In this document: piece by piece, positions 36,859 to 46,578 of the stretch
How the letters are laid out: the number at the start of each line of letters is the position of its first letter
How positions within the stretch are numbered: position 1 is the first letter of the stretch
NCBI GenBank assembly: GCA_036004585.1
Contig: DASYRH010000030.1
Location: forward strand, 2,982 to 66,981
Length of the DNA: 64,000 bases
Direction: 5' to 3'
Source: Nitrososphaera sp.
GTDB lineage: Archaea; Thermoproteota; Nitrososphaeria; Nitrososphaerales; Nitrososphaeraceae
The notes under the pieces: generated by a model
The model's database searches: none
What the model was told of the DNA's origin: nothing
The model's input: only the letters and a program-made list of their open reading frames with translations
Translations under genes and position numbers: made by a program

Positions 36859-38121
36859 GTGAGCAATACCGGGACAACAGATTCAATCTTTCCACAGTTC
36901 TTTACCACCGGTACTGAGTCGATAGATTTTGTCGTGCAGGACATTGCCGTAATCATGGTGGTTGCGGCCATCATGCTCGCAATTACGTACAAGCTAAAGC
37001 AGCCAATGGTCATAGGCTACATCATTGCAGGCATGGTCATAGGTCCTTATACACCGCCGTTTAGCCTCGTTCGCAGCCCCGAAACGCTGAACCTGTTTGC
37101 AGAGCTTGGAATTATCATGCTCCTCTTTGTGACGGGGACCGAGTTTCCGGTGGCAAAGTTGCGATCGGTGGGCAGAATATCGATAGTCACTGCTCTAGCA
37201 GAGTCGCTGGGCACGCTTGTAATCGTATTCTTCATCGCGCAAAACCTCGGGTTTTCGTTCAACGACTCTATTTTTTTGGCACTTGCGATGTCCGTTACGA
37301 GTACCGTCATTACTATCAGGATCCTTGAGGATGTCGGGCTTATCAGGGACAAGTCATCAACTCTCATCCTCGGGATGCTGATTGTAGAAGACATTATTGT
37401 GATCTCTGCACTTGGGGTCATGCAGTCAGTCATCACTGTTGGAACGGTGTCATACTTTGACATCCTCATAAGTCTAGCCATAGTGGCCAGTTTTATTGGA
37501 GGGATCATAATTATCGGCAGCAAGTTTGTGCCACGGATCATTGACAGGGCAGGACGAACGAATGACTATGCCCTGCTGCTGATAACTATACTTGGGCTTG
37601 CGTTTGGCCTATCGTTTATCGCCAATGGGCTTGGCATGTCCGTGGTAATTGGCGCGTTTCTTGCCGGCGTTCTTGTTGCCGAATCCAAAAGTGCGGCGGT
37701 CGCGAGGATCATCACCATACCGCTGCGGGACATGTTTGCCGCCCTATTCTTCATCTCGATTGGCGCGCTCATGAACGTGGCCTTACTCCCGGTGTTCATT
37801 ATCCCGGCCATCATTCTCATCCTGACATCATTTGCATCAAAGCTGCTGATAGTGACCGGGATGCTGGTCAAAGGGGGATTTGACAACACGACGTCGCTTC
37901 GCGCTGGACTTGGAATATCTGCAACAAAAGGAGAGATGTCTCTTGTGGTAGCCAAGGGAGGCCAGGATGTGGGAGCCATTTCCTCTTCCATATTGCCGAT
38001 ACTTGGTGTAGTGACAATTGTCACCACGTTTATCGGGCCATTCGTCATCAGGGTTGGAAGTCGGTTCAAGATTTCCGAGCCTACTGAGGCGGACTCACAG
38101 GGTAGCAACAAGCAAAGCTAG
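36859..38121 (+). CDS. cation:proton antiporter (CPA2 family)
   Basis: KQPMVIGYIIAG, ELGIIMLLFVTG, EDII, GAFLAGVLVAES and RDMFAALFFISIG. GTG 36859 follows a purine-rich stretch. Confidence 0.9.
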   Translation: MSNTGTTDSIFPQFFTTGTESIDFVVQDIAVIMVVAAIMLAITYKLKQPMVIGYIIAGMVIGPYTPPFSLVRSPETLNLFAELGIIMLLFVTGTEFPVAKLRSVGRISIVTALAESLGTLVIVFFIAQNLGFSFNDSIFLALAMSVTSTVITIRILEDVGLIRDKSSTLILGMLIVEDIIVISALGVMQSVITVGTVSYFDILISLAIVASFIGGIIIIGSKFVPRIIDRAGRTNDYALLLITILGLAFGLSFIANGLGMSVVIGAFLAGVLVAESKSAAVARIITIPLRDMFAALFFISIGALMNVALLPVFIIPAIILILTSFASKLLIVTGMLVKGGFDNTTSLRAGLGISATKGEMSLVVAKGGQDVGAISSSILPILGVVTIVTTFIGPFVIRVGSRFKISEPTEADSQGSNKQS

Positions 38122-38801
38122 CGATTCCGAAATTTCTTCTTGGCAATGACGGCTACAATTGCAGTCCCTAGAAAAGTCGCTGTCAGGTACAGCCACAGGT
38201 CACCTAGCGTTCCAGACATGACAGCAGGCGCAAGGGATCTTGCAGGGTTCATCGATGCACCAGAGATAAACGCCAAAAAGAATATGTCGAGGCCCACTAT
38301 GCCGCCGATTGCTAATGGACCAAAGCCCTTCATGCCCTTTGTGTATACTGTGAAAAATATTACTGCCATCAAGAGAGCCGAGGCGAGTACCTCGACTCCA
38401 AAGATTAGCGGGAGAGGATAAGAGTAATTTAGCGCATTGGCGCCAAGGTTGGCGTCCGTACCAATCGCAGCCAATACAAACGCGCCGGCTGCAAACGCGC
38501 CTCCCAGCTGTGCAGCAATGTAGTGACCAGCGTAGCTCTTTTTGATGTGGCCCGTGATCAAGTATCCTACGAGCACAGCAGGATTAAAGACAGCCAATGA
38601 AACCTTGCTAAAAAAGAAAACCCCGAGTGCGACCCCGACAAAAGGTGCAAACGCAACGAATGGAAGGCCCAGCACTCCGCCAAGCCTTGCATCTATGACG
38701 ACTGATCCAGTGGCTAGTGCCACCACTACAAACGTGCCGACGAGCTCTGCCAAAAACACTTGCTGCCGGTGGCTCAGCTTGCTAACTGAGGTTTTCAGCA
38801 A
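38118..38801 (-). CDS. aquaporin/MIP channel (putative arsenite channel)
   Basis: Two NPA motifs (FNPAV, MNPARS); in an operon with arsC and arsM. Confidence 0.88.
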   Translation of the reverse strand: MLKTSVSKLSHRQQVFLAELVGTFVVVALATGSVVIDARLGGVLGLPFVAFAPFVGVALGVFFFSKVSLAVFNPAVLVGYLITGHIKKSYAGHYIAAQLGGAFAAGAFVLAAIGTDANLGANALNYSYPLPLIFGVEVLASALLMAVIFFTVYTKGMKGFGPLAIGGIVGLDIFFLAFISGASMNPARSLAPAVMSGTLGDLWLYLTATFLGTAIVAVIAKKKFRNR

Positions 38802-39186
38802 GATCCTTTACTCTTCTCTCTATGTCATCCCTTATCATGCGCACGCGCTCTATTGATTTTCCCTTTGGATCCTCAATGGCCCAGTCAATCGGGTTGTTGA
38901 GGTATAGCATCGGGCATTCTTCCTGATCCATGCACCCCATGTTGACTGCCCTGACTGAATCTCTTATCATGTCGTCCGTTATAATTTTCGATTTTTGTCT
39001 GCTGATGTCAATCCCGACTTCCTTCATTGCCTGAATCGCGATAGGATTTATTTCGCCGGCTGGTCGGATGCCCGCGCTGGCAGCCTTGTAGCCTTTTGGC
39101 GCATACCTGATGAAAAAACCTTCGGCCATTTGGCTTCTGCCGGCATTTTCTACGCAGACAAAGAGAATGGTTTTCTCTTGCCTCAT
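38782..39186 (-). CDS. arsC: arsenate reductase (thioredoxin-type, LMW-PTP fold)
   Basis: CVENAGRSQMAE P-loop, GC...ECP resolving cysteines and DWAIEDP. Confidence 0.88.
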   Translation of the reverse strand: MRQEKTILFVCVENAGRSQMAEGFFIRYAPKGYKAASAGIRPAGEINPIAIQAMKEVGIDISRQKSKIITDDMIRDSVRAVNMGCMDQEECPMLYLNNPIDWAIEDPKGKSIERVRMIRDDIERRVKDLAENLS

Positions 39187-39950
39187 GATTTGACGGCCCT
39201 GATTACGATGGTCGTAATTTTTCTGCCGCCAACCAACTCCCCGCCTGCGAATTCGCGCTCTTCCAAGACGGTGGCATCCCTAAACCCTGCCTTCTTGATG
39301 CTTGCAAGGTAATCCTGTTTTGACATTGCACCGTCGATGCAGGCGCTCCATTGATCAACATCAATCTTGCCCGCCTTTCTGTCGGCAACAAGGTCGGAAA
39401 TCACCATCCTGCCTTTGCTCTTCAAGATTCTGAGAACTTCTTTGAAAGCCTTCACTTTGTCGGTAGTAAGGTTGATGACGCAATTGCTTATGACGGCATC
39501 TACTGAATCGCTGCTAACCGGGATTCTTTTTTCGATATCGCCCTTCTTGAATTCTACGTTGGAATAGTTGTTATTTTTCGCGTTTCTTCTGGCGCGCTCG
39601 AGCATTTCATCTGTCATGTCAATACCGATCACATTGCCAGTAGCGCCGACATCATTCGCGGATAGGAATACATCTATGCCTGCACCCGAACCAAGATCTA
39701 CTACCGTCTCGCCTTTCTGCAAACTCGCAAATTTGACGGGAGCTCCGCAGCCTACTCCAAGAACCGATGCCTCCGGGATGGTTTGAAGTTCTTTAGAGTC
39801 ATATCCCACGTCGGTTGCGGCCACGGACGGGGAAGGGCTGGAGCAGCAGCCAGGACCGCAACACGCGTCCTTGCTGCTTTCCTCCAGCGCTATCTTGCCA
39901 TAGTTCCTGCGTATTGTCTGCTTGATGTTTTGCTGCCGCTTTTTTTCCAT
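39183..39950 (-). CDS. arsM: arsenite S-adenosylmethionine methyltransferase
   Basis: N-terminal CC pairs, LGVGCGAP, DLGSGAG, ISNCVINL and WSACIDGA. Confidence 0.9.
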   Translation of the reverse strand: MEKKRQQNIKQTIRRNYGKIALEESSKDACCGPGCCSSPSPSVAATDVGYDSKELQTIPEASVLGVGCGAPVKFASLQKGETVVDLGSGAGIDVFLSANDVGATGNVIGIDMTDEMLERARRNAKNNNYSNVEFKKGDIEKRIPVSSDSVDAVISNCVINLTTDKVKAFKEVLRILKSKGRMVISDLVADRKAGKIDVDQWSACIDGAMSKQDYLASIKKAGFRDATVLEEREFAGGELVGGRKITTIVIRAVKS

Positions 39951-40014
39951 GCTAATACTTTACTTGGGAAACTATTTAAGTTAAGAAGTTGCACGAGTTA
40001 CAGTTGGTGTAACC

Positions 40015-40380
40015 ATGGAAACCAAGATCCCTGTTATTCAAGAGTGCGATTTCAGCGGGTATGATGCTTCTTCGCTCATGGCTGAGACTGCCAAGCTACG
40101 GAAGATAATCACAAAAAGGGGAACACTTGAGATTCTTATTCCGTTGTGCTGTACTACAAACCCAGTTAGACATCGACAGTTTCGCCAAACTTTGAAGGGC
40201 ATCAGCAGCAAAACGCTGGCCAGTCGTCTCAAAGAGCTGGAGAAATCTGGCATATTGGAAAGACGGGCGTATAACGAGATCCCGCCACGCGTAGAATATA
40301 CGATGACAGCCAAAGGCCAGGAATTGGTCGAGTCTGTAATGAGCCTGTTCCAGTGGATGCGCAAGTGGTCAAGCAATTAG
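40015..40380 (+). CDS. HxlR-family winged-helix transcriptional regulator
   Basis: GISSKTLASRLKELEKSGILER...PPRVEYTMTAKG; divergent from arsM. Confidence 0.9.
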   Translation: METKIPVIQECDFSGYDASSLMAETAKLRKIITKRGTLEILIPLCCTTNPVRHRQFRQTLKGISSKTLASRLKELEKSGILERRAYNEIPPRVEYTMTAKGQELVESVMSLFQWMRKWSSN

Positions 40381-40881
40381 GGGTGGCATAATGGTAGCCA
40401 TATTCGGAATTCCGTACAGATCGTTCTTTTCCAAAACCATCTGACTCTCCCTTTCCTTTCTTCGTTTCTGCTCGATCAAGAGGCCTGCCATGTTATTTGA
40501 CCTGCCAAGATGATCAAACCTTATCGTACATCTTATTTTGGCAAGCAACTTTGCAATCGCACGGAATATCTTTTGCATAAGCAGGTCCCTTATCGCGCAC
40601 AGCCCCAGCAACTGATCCACGGTAGATTTTGAATCGCTCCTTACACAAAGAGTCACGCGCCTACTTTTTCTGCCGCGTCTAATTGCCTTTTTTATCTCGA
40701 CTAGATTGTCGGCAAGTGCAAAATATACTGCAAGCATTTCCATCCGCTGCACACCATATCTTTCATTTTTGATAGCGGGCTTTAGCAGCATTATTCCTTT
40801 CTTTCCGCTAGAATGGTTGTACCATGCAACGTACCCAGAAGGCGAAGCGTCAGCATCTATCTCAATGCTGTAAGGTCGCAC
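40369..40881 (-). CDS. RNase H-like fold protein
   Basis: IDADAS, MEMLAVYFAL, VRSDSKSTVDQL and HLGRSNNMAG resemble RNase HI motifs; last acidic residue missing. Confidence 0.6.
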   Translation of the reverse strand: MRPYSIEIDADASPSGYVAWYNHSSGKKGIMLLKPAIKNERYGVQRMEMLAVYFALADNLVEIKKAIRRGRKSRRVTLCVRSDSKSTVDQLLGLCAIRDLLMQKIFRAIAKLLAKIRCTIRFDHLGRSNNMAGLLIEQKRRKERESQMVLEKNDLYGIPNMATIMPPLIA

Positions 40882-41151
40882 CGTTAATTATATGAGAGAA
40901 CAAGTATTTGAGCATATCATACGTGATTTCTATTACATCTATAGCATTACGGTAGACTAGGTTGATGGTGTGGCCCCGAAGCGTCATCCTGTACTTGGCC
41001 GCAATTCTGCCACCGGGGTTTCCAGTCAACCTAAATTGTGGCGCCAATTCTGCTTCGCCATGATTAGGAAAAAAACCTATCCTAATGAGAATAATTGCAA
41101 TACATAGTCAACTATAGTTCAGGGTGGCCCACCAAATGAATTTCGACTGCA

Positions 41152-41349
41152 GTGATTAGGCAATACGTAATAGATCGCAGGACGCCGGACACAAGTTGTA
41201 GAGTTTGTGGGCGAGAGCTGAAGGAGATGGCTATTTGCGTTGCGTGTGGACGAGCGATACTATACTGCTGTACGCGTTGTTCAGTCTTTTCAGAGACCAG
41301 AATGCATTTAGATTGCCTTGAGCGAATCGCCGTCAGCTGCGAGAGTTGA
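41152..41349 (+). CDS. small Cys-rich zinc-finger protein
   Basis: CRVC...CVAC...CTRC...H..C in 65 aa; GTG start. Confidence 0.55.
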   Translation: MIRQYVIDRRTPDTSCRVCGRELKEMAICVACGRAILYCCTRCSVFSETRMHLDCLERIAVSCES

Positions 41350-42129
41350 TTTCATGTAACCTACGAAATCGCTGTAGAGTGACTCACGAATGCTCACTTC
41401 ACGCGCATGCAATTCTCCTGCCAATTTTGACTTTGATGATCTCAGAAATTCTAAAGTAATATCGCTGTCATGCAGGTCTCCGAGCATGTCCTGCACCTTT
41501 TCAAGTTGAGGGATGGTTAGCGCCAACCCGGTAGTTGTACTTATCATTTCCTGATATTTCTTTTCCGAGCTACTATCCAACGACTCCAGGATATACCTAA
41601 TCTTTTTGATGTCCTTCCTTAAGGAATGGAGCTGCTCTATGTTTTTGCTGTCAGAAAGAGTAGGGGCGAGATTCATCTTGATTTTTTTGCAGAGCTTGCT
41701 CATGACCTTGTCTAATCTCGCTTCAATCTCCTCGGAATTTATGCTCTGAGCAGTAATCTTGCCCATTTTTCTGAGAGCCTTGGCTTTTCTGACGATAGCC
41801 TTGAGTTCATTGTCCTTCCTTCTTTGCAGTGCCAATACGAGCGCCCCGGAATCAGGCGACAGACTGGTGAGCCGGGCTATGATAATATCGTAATCACGCA
41901 AGCGGCTGTTGGCTTTGAAGAAGCTTTCGTATTCTGTGATTCGCTTCTTGTTAGCCTTGCGGTTCTTCTTGCTTAGGAGAGGAAACAGGCTGTCCAGCCG
42001 GCGCAAGGAAGTGCGTATGTCATGCACCTTCTTTTCCTCTTTTGGGTTTTTGATGTAGCTGTCGAGACGTTTCTCCAGCTGAGCAACAAGTTTTCGAAAC
42101 TTGGTTTCAAAGAATGAAGACAATTCCAT
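41308..42129 (-). CDS. CHAD domain protein (polyphosphate-binding)
   Basis: VHDIRTSLRRL, LRDYDI, LHSLRKDIKKIRYILE and QDMLGDLHD motifs. Confidence 0.9.
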   Translation of the reverse strand: MELSSFFETKFRKLVAQLEKRLDSYIKNPKEEKKVHDIRTSLRRLDSLFPLLSKKNRKANKKRITEYESFFKANSRLRDYDIIIARLTSLSPDSGALVLALQRRKDNELKAIVRKAKALRKMGKITAQSINSEEIEARLDKVMSKLCKKIKMNLAPTLSDSKNIEQLHSLRKDIKKIRYILESLDSSSEKKYQEMISTTTGLALTIPQLEKVQDMLGDLHDSDITLEFLRSSKSKLAGELHAREVSIRESLYSDFVGYMKSTLAADGDSLKAI

Positions 42130-42138
42130 AGTCTAATC

Positions 42139-42867
42139 CTATTCGCCTTGGATTGAGCTTAGGTAGTGTTGGATTTTGACTTGCAGGTCGGAATTGATTT
42201 CCTGAACTGGCCTGTTGCCGTTGATGATCAGAAGATTATAGCGACGCTGCATTCGCTGGAACTCCTTTGCTATCAAGCGTTGATAGATGATAAATGATTC
42301 GTACATGTCTTCCGAGAGCCCCAGATCCGCGCCAGATTCGTAATAGTCTAGGAATGTGTTCTTTTGGAACACCCGGTGCACGAGCTCATTCGGATCCACG
42401 TCAAGGTAGAATACAAGGTCGGGTACTATGGCAAAGCCAAATACCTGATGCAGCCATCTCCTGCTTTCTTTTCTGACGGCGGCTCTGGCCATCAGGGTAT
42501 AGATGTACCTGTCAGCGAGAACTATGTACCCTGCGCGGAGTGCAGGAATTATCTTGTTTTCAAGCTGATCCGCAAAGTCGGCTGCGTAAAACAAGCTCAT
42601 GGTCCTTCTGCCAAGCATATGCTCTCTTTTGGCCTCCATTATGCCCTCGCTGGCCAGCTCTGAGCGTTTGAGACCTGTGTTGAGAACGGCGTGGCCGTCG
42701 GCTTCCAGCCAAGAAGTAATAAGTCCTATTTGCGTGCTCCTGCCCGACGCGTCAGGACCCTCTATTACGATGAGCCTTCCCTTGACTTCAGTATCCTGCA
42801 CATATGGAATTCCTTTGCCGTAGTACCTTAATGGGCGAGGTGCGATTCTGATTTGCTTTTGTGTCAT
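42139..42867 (-). CDS. thymidylate kinase-like protein (copy 2, degenerate P-loop)
   Basis: IEGPDASGRSTQ (Lys to Arg), LADRYIYT and PDLVFYLDV. Confidence 0.85.
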   Translation of the reverse strand: MTQKQIRIAPRPLRYYGKGIPYVQDTEVKGRLIVIEGPDASGRSTQIGLITSWLEADGHAVLNTGLKRSELASEGIMEAKREHMLGRRTMSLFYAADFADQLENKIIPALRAGYIVLADRYIYTLMARAAVRKESRRWLHQVFGFAIVPDLVFYLDVDPNELVHRVFQKNTFLDYYESGADLGLSEDMYESFIIYQRLIAKEFQRMQRRYNLLIINGNRPVQEINSDLQVKIQHYLSSIQGE

Positions 42868-43577
42868 GGCATGTCACCATCAATTCGTTTGCCTGCCCTG
42901 ATCCTCGCCAACTGCTGGCGCGGCAGTATCTCCATGATTTTTTCCCGTACTTTCTTTTGTTGCTCTTCAATGTCGGTGGTTCCGTCTACCACGGTAAAAC
43001 CCTCTGGCTCGACCATCGTTTCGTACTGTTCTACAATCCTTCCCTGGAAAATGCGATAGCTCTCATATGGATCGTTGCTAAGATTCAGATCCATCCCGGC
43101 TTCGTAGAACTTTAGCTTGGGCCTGTTCTTTACTATCCTGTCAAACGAAGTCTCTACCGGCACTCTAAAGTAAAATGCAATATCCGGCTTGACGGCGAAC
43201 CCATACACGTGTCGGACCCATTCTGGGCTGCAGCCTCTCACTACATCACGTGCAAACGCTGTATACATGTACCTGTCAGCAAGAACGATGTAGCCGGCTC
43301 TCAGGAGTGGGAAGATGTTGCGCTCGTACCTTGCCGCAAAATCAGTGGCATGCAGTAGGCTAAAAGTTGTCGGAGTTAGCAGGTTCTTTTTCTTGCCTCT
43401 TGATATTATCTCTTTGACCTGCTCTGAAGAATTCCACTCGGTAAAGAATACAGGAATGCCGATGTAGCGCAGCCACTTTTCTAGGAGCCTTATCTGGGTC
43501 GACTTGCCAGAGCCGTCAACGCCTTCGACTATGACGAGCTTGCCCTGCACTGGGTGCTTGGATTCCTTCCTTTTCAC
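42864..43577 (-). CDS. thymidylate kinase-like protein (copy 1)
   Basis: VEGVDGSGKSTQ, LADRYMYT and PDIAFYF. Confidence 0.87.
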   Translation of the reverse strand: MKRKESKHPVQGKLVIVEGVDGSGKSTQIRLLEKWLRYIGIPVFFTEWNSSEQVKEIISRGKKKNLLTPTTFSLLHATDFAARYERNIFPLLRAGYIVLADRYMYTAFARDVVRGCSPEWVRHVYGFAVKPDIAFYFRVPVETSFDRIVKNRPKLKFYEAGMDLNLSNDPYESYRIFQGRIVEQYETMVEPEGFTVVDGTTDIEEQQKKVREKIMEILPRQQLARIRAGKRIDGDMP

Positions 43578-45115
43578 GCTGCCCCCACCCTTTGCTTTGA
43601 TTTTCCGACAACGACGATCCTTTCTTTCTCGGTGACGACAGAGCAGTTCACGGAAACGTCAAATGCATCCTCGAATTTCTTTACTGCTTCTGCGAGAAGA
43701 GTAGAAGGAACAAACTGCCTTGTAGAGAAAGGTACAAGCCGCATGTCTATCTTATCCCCGTGTATGATGAGCCTGACGTTTATCCTGCCCCGTTCTAGAA
43801 TAGCCGACATTTCAAGGCATGCCGATATCTTTTGTATCGAGTTTCTGTTCTGTGGTTCAAGTATTGATCGATAACGGGTAATGAGAAGATTGGCTGTCTT
43901 TGCCTTTCTTGCATGTATAATTGAAAGAGCAAGTATGAGTTGTTCCCTGTGGCTAAGGAATGAGTTATCCTCGTCGATCATTAGGTAAAACAGATTATTT
44001 AGATTCGTCATGATTGGAAGGTCCGCAACCTGCTTGATGGCATGGGTCAGGATCATTTTTTCCTTCTCACGCAGCAGACCAGAATTGACCAGCTGGCGGA
44101 CCATGCTTACTGTGTACTCTGGAAGAATTTCCACTTGGCATGCAAAAGTCACGTGAGCCTTTGCCTTTTCATTATTGATGGCACCTTTGTAGAAAGTCTT
44201 CGGATCGCGGATAAACACCGAAAGTATACCCTCGCGCAAGCCCTGCGCACTCACTACGACTTTTTCAAAATCAAACTGTTTCATAAGTGTATGAATTATT
44301 GTCGACCCTGCTATCGCAGTTTCGACTCTATTGCTTCCAATGGCCTCCGTTTCCGAGAGCTCATCCGCATCCAATCTGACGAAGTCGCTTGTAGCGGATG
44401 ACACTGCGGAATAGTTCATCTGGTAATTATGGATCTTGTCAAGGGCGTATTCGTGAATTTCTTGGTTGTATCTAGCCATTGCTCTGAGTGTCCCTCCAAC
44501 CCCTACGAGCGTGGTGTCAGGGCTCATCGCAAATTCCTTTGTGGCAGGCAGATTCTGGCGAATGTGCTTAACTAGCCTTGTATAGTTCTTGTCCGAAAAT
44601 GTGCCGTCGCCTCTTCCAAACAGCTGTGATACCCTGAGCGCGCCAAGCGGATATGACTTTATCCTCTTGATGTTAAAGTTCTCTGTATAGACTAGCTCAA
44701 GGCTTCCCCCTCCCAGGTCAAAGAAGAGAGTGGTTGGAACGCAGGTTGCACGCAACGCTCCTATGTATGAGTACAAGCCTTCCTCCTGCCCGGACAGGAC
44801 CTTGAATACAAATCCAGTCTCAGAGCGAACTTGCTTTAGAAATTCTTCTCTGTTGCCGGCCTCTCTGACGGCGCTTGTGGCAACCGGAAGAACATGTCGA
44901 ATAGAGTCAAAGTTAATGATGTCGCGAAATATTCGCAGGGCCTTTATGGTTCGGTATACCTGCTCTTTGCCCAGGTACCCCGTCTTGTGCAAGCCCTCGC
45001 CAAGCCTGACTTTGATTCCCTCTTGTTGATAGGTTCTGAATGTGCCGTCCTTTGCAACGTTATAGTTGACCAGCTTCACTGAGTTGAAACCTAGATCGAT
45101 TACTGCAACTCTCAT
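43574..45115 (-). CDS. ppx: exopolyphosphatase Ppx/GppA family
   Basis: IDLGFNSVKL, VATSAVREA, EEG, FDLGGGSLEL, GVGGTLR and GLREG. Confidence 0.93.
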   Translation of the reverse strand: MRVAVIDLGFNSVKLVNYNVAKDGTFRTYQQEGIKVRLGEGLHKTGYLGKEQVYRTIKALRIFRDIINFDSIRHVLPVATSAVREAGNREEFLKQVRSETGFVFKVLSGQEEGLYSYIGALRATCVPTTLFFDLGGGSLELVYTENFNIKRIKSYPLGALRVSQLFGRGDGTFSDKNYTRLVKHIRQNLPATKEFAMSPDTTLVGVGGTLRAMARYNQEIHEYALDKIHNYQMNYSAVSSATSDFVRLDADELSETEAIGSNRVETAIAGSTIIHTLMKQFDFEKVVVSAQGLREGILSVFIRDPKTFYKGAINNEKAKAHVTFACQVEILPEYTVSMVRQLVNSGLLREKEKMILTHAIKQVADLPIMTNLNNLFYLMIDEDNSFLSHREQLILALSIIHARKAKTANLLITRYRSILEPQNRNSIQKISACLEMSAILERGRINVRLIIHGDKIDMRLVPFSTRQFVPSTLLAEAVKKFEDAFDVSVNCSVVTEKERIVVVGKSKQRVGAA

Positions 45116-45175
45116 TTTCGAAACAGAAACGAGTTCAGCTTATGAAAGCTACGATAATAACATTACCTATATTGT

Positions 45176-45679
45176 TCATTTAGCCAGCTTTCTCAGATGC
45201 CCCGGAGTCAGTAGCCATTTTAGCTCGCCCTTGGCCTTTGGCTGGACTGTTGTTAATCGTATCTTTACCATTCCAGCCTTTTTCAGCACGATCCCTTTCG
45301 TTCCGTTTCCGAAAACGATCTCGCTTATCATATTACTCAGGTACGGCTCGTGCCCAACAACTAGGATTGAAGATTCTTGTTTGAATTGACTCAGCTTGCG
45401 GTACAGGTCTAGTCTGCTCCCCTCGGGCTTGAGCTGACCCCATTCTTCGATCTTTGCTTTCTTGATTCTCAGTATTTTGGCTATTATCTGAGCGGTCTGA
45501 AATGACCGCTTGAGTGGACTTGTAGCGACAAAGTCAAACTTTACACCAAGCCTGTAGAGGCCTTGTGCCACTTGCTCGACTTCTTCGACGCCCGTCACGG
45601 TAAGAGCGCGCTCTGAATCCTTTCCTCCCGCTGGGAGCCTCTTGCCTGCTTCACCATGACGAAGAACGTAAAGATCCAT
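45176..45679 (-). CDS. sixA: phosphohistidine phosphatase SixA
   Basis: LRHGEA, SPLKRSFQTA and LVVGHEP; ATG 45679. Confidence 0.9.
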   Translation of the reverse strand: MDLYVLRHGEAGKRLPAGGKDSERALTVTGVEEVEQVAQGLYRLGVKFDFVATSPLKRSFQTAQIIAKILRIKKAKIEEWGQLKPEGSRLDLYRKLSQFKQESSILVVGHEPYLSNMISEIVFGNGTKGIVLKKAGMVKIRLTTVQPKAKGELKWLLTPGHLRKLAK

Positions 45680-45872
45680 GACCGAAAAGGGGTGCATTTG
45701 TTGATATATCAATTTATCATCATAAACAAATCATTGGCATGAAATGGACTTGAAACTTTTCATGGCAAAAGCGCGACGGAGATCCTTAGGATAGTCGAGA
45801 TCAAGAATGCAGCAGCAGATCCCTGTGTGTTGTCAAGTGCCGATATTTTTCGTGGCTTCAGCGAATCTATGG

Positions 45873-46112
45873 TCACTTGGAAATCAAGAATGAAACTTCA
45901 AGCCCAGATCTCGGATCATGACTTATGTGATATGACTCATTTTTTGTCAAGGGGATTAGCGAGATCCGCTTGCTCGTAGCACAAACGGGACATTCGATGT
46001 ACATATTTCTCAATAGTGACGAGCACCAAAAGCAGGATTCGCATAGGACAAAGTATCTATCCAATCCTCCCTTCTTGAAGGCAGTTTCCAAGACATTTGC
46101 GCACATTATCAT
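45873..46112 (-). CDS. small zinc-finger protein
   Basis: LCESCFWC...CPVC followed by ISLIPL...Y...GLEVSF. Confidence 0.65.
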   Translation of the reverse strand: MIMCANVLETAFKKGGLDRYFVLCESCFWCSSLLRNMYIECPVCATSKRISLIPLTKNESYHISHDPRSGLEVSFLISK

Positions 46113-46578
46113 TCAATATCAAGCTAACCTGATAATCCTTGTCGAATGTAAAGTATTAGAGCTATTGCAACTATATTTTTTATTTAGGATATCTTTTTGT
46201 TCTGATACTGCATATGACTTCTTACATGAGTTGTCGAGCGTGTGGCACCTGTAGGCATCCTGCCAACCCCCATCCCTGATGCCGCCTGGCCACACCTCTT
46301 CGACTTTTGCGTTCGACGCAACTTTTCGATTGGCAGTATAAAAGTCTGTCAATTTACACTATGATCTCGCTAGAGGATAGTAGAAATACCGACCACATTC
46401 TCGGTTGTCATTCCTACCACTCTTAAATCTTCTAACGCTCGTAGAATATTTCTACGTCAACAGGCCTCAACGTGATCTCACAGAATCTATATACTTCATT
46501 GACATCATCATAGACCTATTGAGACATATGGGAATTATGGGCGCTAATGTTTAATCCATATGACCTTGCTCCTTAGAC

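Noticed and set aside
46119-46352. 77-aa ORF upstream of the small Zn-finger gene
   Set aside because: TTG start, low-complexity AT-rich tail and no recognisable motif; not enough support to call.
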